Source: a virus. Taken from it: DNA of 38,194 nucleotides. Positions within the stretch are counted from its first letter, which is position 1, and each line of letters opens with the position of its first letter. Of this stretch, positions 34,985-38,194 are shown piece by piece. A model generated the notes under the pieces. That model was given only the letters and a program-made list of their open reading frames with translations. It had not been told where the DNA came from and searched no databases. Position numbers and translations under genes: made by a program. The DNA is taken from UHGV virus genome UHGV-0004901; one strand, 5' to 3'.

Positions 34985-37900
34985 ATGACGGTCTCAACCG
35001 AAGTTGACCACAACGAATACACCGGTAACGGAGTTACGACATCATTTCCGTATACCTTCCGTATTTTCAAAAAATCCGACCTGGTTGTTCAGGTGTCTGA
35101 TCTGAACGGGAACGTAACAGAATTGGTGCTTGATACCGGTTATAAGGTAACTGGAGCGGGCACTTATAGTGGCGGTGAAGTGGTTCTTCCGTCGCCGCTT
35201 GCTGCTGGCTGGCGAATTACGATAGAGCGTGTGCTTGATGTGGTGCAGGAGACTGATCTTCGCAATCAGGGAAAATTTTTCCCCGAAGTTCATGAGGATG
35301 CATTCGACTACCTGACGATGCTGATCCAGCGATGTTTTGGGTGGTTCAGACGTGCATTGATGAAGCCCTCGCTGCTTGCAAAATATTACGATGCAAAGCA
35401 AAACAAAATTTCTAACCTTGCAGATCCATCACTTGAGCAGGACGCTGTAAATAATCGTTCAATGCGTAAGTATGTGGATGCTGCAATTGCTGGTGTTGTC
35501 GGTGGTTTCGGATGGTTTATCCAGTATGGTGCTGGAGCTGTATACAGAACGTTCCAGGATAAGATGCGTGATACAGTAAGTGTGAAAGATTATGCTGCTG
35601 TTGGAGATGGTATAACTGATGATACGAATTCTTTTATTCTGGCTCCTGAAAATGCTTATGTTCCACCTGGAGTATATCTTGTTGATACGTTGAAAGTAGA
35701 TGTAAGCAAAATGACAGGGGAAGGGATGATTCTTTCCAAAACTGGTCATCTACTTTCTCTTCGTAATAATATCAGTAATACATTGGTGCAACGCCATTTA
35801 ATGGAAGCATTTATGGGTTTTGGTGAGTCCCAAGTTTTTCCAAATGGTGAGGCTACAAGTCAAGGGTGTGCTTATGCGAATTATAATGGTAAAAAATTAT
35901 TTATTTTACAAACGGTTGTTGGCAGTGCTGAAGGTAGTGGAAACTTCAACTCTAAAGTAACATCAGCTGGTGACTTCATAACCGGAATTGAATATGAAAT
36001 AGTAAGTATAGGTTCAACTGATTTTACAACTATAGGGGCTGCTGAAAATAATATTGGTGTACGATTTACGGCGAATGGTCCAGGGGTTGGTACAGGAACA
36101 GCAGCTGCTTTAGAGAAGCGCAGGCTGGTTGAATACTCGTTTTCTGATGATGGTTCAGTAGTGCAAAATACTACTTACACTGCACCAATATTAAATAACC
36201 ATCAGGGAATATCTACGATAGTTATTGATGATGACCTTTTTATTTATACCCAAATGGTTACCCAGCCTACATATCGAGGAAATGATGGAGGAAAAGGTTA
36301 TTCAAAATTAATTTGGAAAGGGAGCAGCACATCTGAATCTGATGTGATTACTTATCAGCTTTTTGGATATTCTGGTTCTGGTCATCCTTATCAGAATTAT
36401 AATTCAGCAACCCCGTGTGTATCTTCAGATGGAAGGTATGTTGTTCTTGTTGCAACTGATAGCACAGCAGATGATGATGCCTGGTATGTATTTGTTTACA
36501 GCAGGATACACGTAGAATCCCTTGACAATAGTTTGGAAGCAAGACCATTGTATTATTTCAGGATTCCACATCCGCAGCGCGGAACTGATACTCATGTTAT
36601 TCAAGATGTTGCCAGTGATGGTAAGTACATCTATATATTAAGGGGATATACACATCCGTTCATGTTGCATATTATTCAGAAGTTTGATTATTCTGGTAAT
36701 ATTCTTGCTGAATTTTCATTTGAGGGGGCTCGTTCTCTTTATGGATACAAAAATCTTATGGATAATCCAAAGTATGGGACCCCCCATTCATTTGAACCTG
36801 AAGGTATAGACATGTATGAAGGAGACCTTATTATTCTAACTATGGATAATTGGGATTCTGGAGCTTCTATTATAACTTACAAAGGAAAGAATTATTCCGC
36901 TTTTTCTACTGCTTCTGGTATTGCTCCGGATGATCCCGATGGATTTAGAATGTGGGCGATAACAAATAAAGTTAGTGGTGGGGAATACTCGAATGATAAA
37001 AAGTACAGCGATGGAGTGTATTCGAAACGAGGAAAACAGATATTTCTTATTTCACAATCGCGTGGGGTTGCTAATGAACTCCCATTGAATTCCGCCTTGA
37101 CAACTCGTGTTAATAACTCACCACTTTCTTCTATAAGTTCTGCTTTTGATGTTTCCTTTAAATTAGGAGAGAACTGGATATTGGGGGGGTATTCAGAAAA
37201 TACTTCAGAATATAAAAAAGCCATTCAGTATGCTAGTAATGGTGCTTTTCGTGTTCATGATTCCCGCAGAGAATCTGACAATAATAAGTACTGGTCTATA
37301 CGTGGTGGATATGATGTAACACCGCAGATACAAGAAGTTGTTGAATTTAGGTGTCGTGGTACTGTAGAAAATGGGGCTGGCTGGAATGCTTATGGTTCTA
37401 ATGACTATCGCTTACCAAACAGGTTTCGTATGTTCCCTGGCGGGAGCTTTGGCGGTACTCAAGTTCTTGTCGAGATAGCTAATCCAGTTAATGATAATCC
37501 TTATTTTGCTCCCACAGGGCAGATAGGAACAGTTAATAATGGTACAACGACAGCATACTGGAATAACATATATAGCAAGAATGCTGTCACTGTTGTTTCA
37601 GATGTTAATTACAAAGATGAATTCTCGGATATACCGACTGAACTTATTGAAGCCGTGGGTAGTGTAAAATTTCAAATGTGGAAGATGAAGGATGAAATAT
37701 TACGAAAAGGAAGTGAACATGCCAGATATCATTTTGGAGTTGTAGCGCAGCAAGTTAAGGATGCAATTACAAAAGCTGGTCTTGATTGGAAGAAGTATGG
37801 TCTTATTACGTATGAAGAAACCAGTGTTTTGGTAAGAGAAAACGAATCTGGTGATTTTTATCCTATTGATATTGAGTCTTGTCCAATTCCAGTTAATGAA

Positions 37901-38059
37901 TTTGGGATTATTAAATTAATAGAAGGTGCAGATGAAATTAAAGAAGATAAACATGGAAATTTGGTATTGACAAGATCTATTTACATGATGCGTATGGATG
38001 AATTTGAAATAATAAGGATGGCATATCAAGAAAAGAAAATAGCGGATCTAATAAGTTAA
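34985..38059 (+). CDS. Tail fibre/tailspike protein: T7 gp17-like N-terminal virion-attachment domain, AT-rich distal receptor-binding region, C-terminal chaperone-like segment
   Basis: N-terminus ...TGNGVTTSFPYTFRIFKKSDLVVQV...RITIERVLDVVQETDLRNQGKFFP resembles the T7 tail fibre N-terminal domain; GC drops from about 50% to about 36% after roughly 35.6 kb; C-terminal ...SDVNYKDEF...YHFGVVAQQVKD... resembles intramolecular chaperone (S74-like) domains. Confidence 0.8.
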   Translation: MTVSTEVDHNEYTGNGVTTSFPYTFRIFKKSDLVVQVSDLNGNVTELVLDTGYKVTGAGTYSGGEVVLPSPLAAGWRITIERVLDVVQETDLRNQGKFFPEVHEDAFDYLTMLIQRCFGWFRRALMKPSLLAKYYDAKQNKISNLADPSLEQDAVNNRSMRKYVDAAIAGVVGGFGWFIQYGAGAVYRTFQDKMRDTVSVKDYAAVGDGITDDTNSFILAPENAYVPPGVYLVDTLKVDVSKMTGEGMILSKTGHLLSLRNNISNTLVQRHLMEAFMGFGESQVFPNGEATSQGCAYANYNGKKLFILQTVVGSAEGSGNFNSKVTSAGDFITGIEYEIVSIGSTDFTTIGAAENNIGVRFTANGPGVGTGTAAALEKRRLVEYSFSDDGSVVQNTTYTAPILNNHQGISTIVIDDDLFIYTQMVTQPTYRGNDGGKGYSKLIWKGSSTSESDVITYQLFGYSGSGHPYQNYNSATPCVSSDGRYVVLVATDSTADDDAWYVFVYSRIHVESLDNSLEARPLYYFRIPHPQRGTDTHVIQDVASDGKYIYILRGYTHPFMLHIIQKFDYSGNILAEFSFEGARSLYGYKNLMDNPKYGTPHSFEPEGIDMYEGDLIILTMDNWDSGASIITYKGKNYSAFSTASGIAPDDPDGFRMWAITNKVSGGEYSNDKKYSDGVYSKRGKQIFLISQSRGVANELPLNSALTTRVNNSPLSSISSAFDVSFKLGENWILGGYSENTSEYKKAIQYASNGAFRVHDSRRESDNNKYWSIRGGYDVTPQIQEVVEFRCRGTVENGAGWNAYGSNDYRLPNRFRMFPGGSFGGTQVLVEIANPVNDNPYFAPTGQIGTVNNGTTTAYWNNIYSKNAVTVVSDVNYKDEFSDIPTELIEAVGSVKFQMWKMKDEILRKGSEHARYHFGVVAQQVKDAITKAGLDWKKYGLITYEETSVLVRENESGDFYPIDIESCPIPVNEFGIIKLIEGADEIKEDKHGNLVLTRSIYMMRMDEFEIIRMAYQEKKIADLIS

Positions 38060-38078
38060 TGCTATAATAAATAATATG

Positions 38079-38115
38079 TAATGGCCGCGCATTACGGCCA
38101 TTATTATAATTATAT
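38079..38115 (+). terminator. Rho-independent terminator after the tail fibre gene
   Basis: TAATGGCCG-CGCATTA-CGGCCATTA hairpin followed by a T/A-rich run. Confidence 0.6.
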
Positions 38116-38117
38116 CA

Positions 38118-38194
38118 CTGTGCTGCTGTGCTGCTGTGCTGCTGTGCTGCTGTGCTGCTGTGCTGCTGTGCTGCTGTGCTGCTGTGCTGCTGTG
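38118..38194. repeat. Tandem octanucleotide repeat (CTGTGCTG)n, at least 9.6 copies, truncated by the window end
   Basis: Direct reading; perfect 8-bp periodicity to the last base of the window. Confidence 0.9.

Overview
The window looks like a near-complete temperate prophage of an enterobacterial host, read from sequence alone without database searches. It has a mosaic layout: a lambdoid early/immunity module followed by a T7-like podovirus virion module. From left to right: a P4-type tyrosine integrase (193..1443); a leftward early operon (small ORF, RecE-like exonuclease, RecT, AlpA-like regulator, MT-A70-type adenine methyltransferase); a divergent immunity switch (dual-HTH repressor 5292..5876 and Cro-like gene 6031..6261); lambda O/P-like replication genes with iterons inside the O-like gene; a block of small nin-like genes; terminase small and large subunits; a reverse-oriented insert carrying a hypothetical gene and a phage tRNA-Arg(UCU); then portal, scaffold, capsid, tail tubular A/B and four to five internal virion (ejection) proteins, one with a lytic transglycosylase domain. 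Between the ejection genes and the tail fibre lies an AT-rich accessory island: a secreted protein, a multi-TM protein, a small signal-peptide ORF, a membrane-anchored protein, a Bro-N antirepressor, a membrane protein with tandem zinc ribbons, and a truncated antirepressor paralog. The window ends with a chimeric tail fibre and an 8-bp tandem repeat cut off by the window edge. The main unexplained signals are a 15-bp palindrome family TTACC-N5-GGTAA at 14 or more promoter-proximal sites across the whole prophage, a 12-bp perfect palindrome GTGACATGTCAC present three times, and the accessory island, which is the best candidate for an undescribed exclusion/defence cassette. No endolysin, CRISPR array or rRNA was found.
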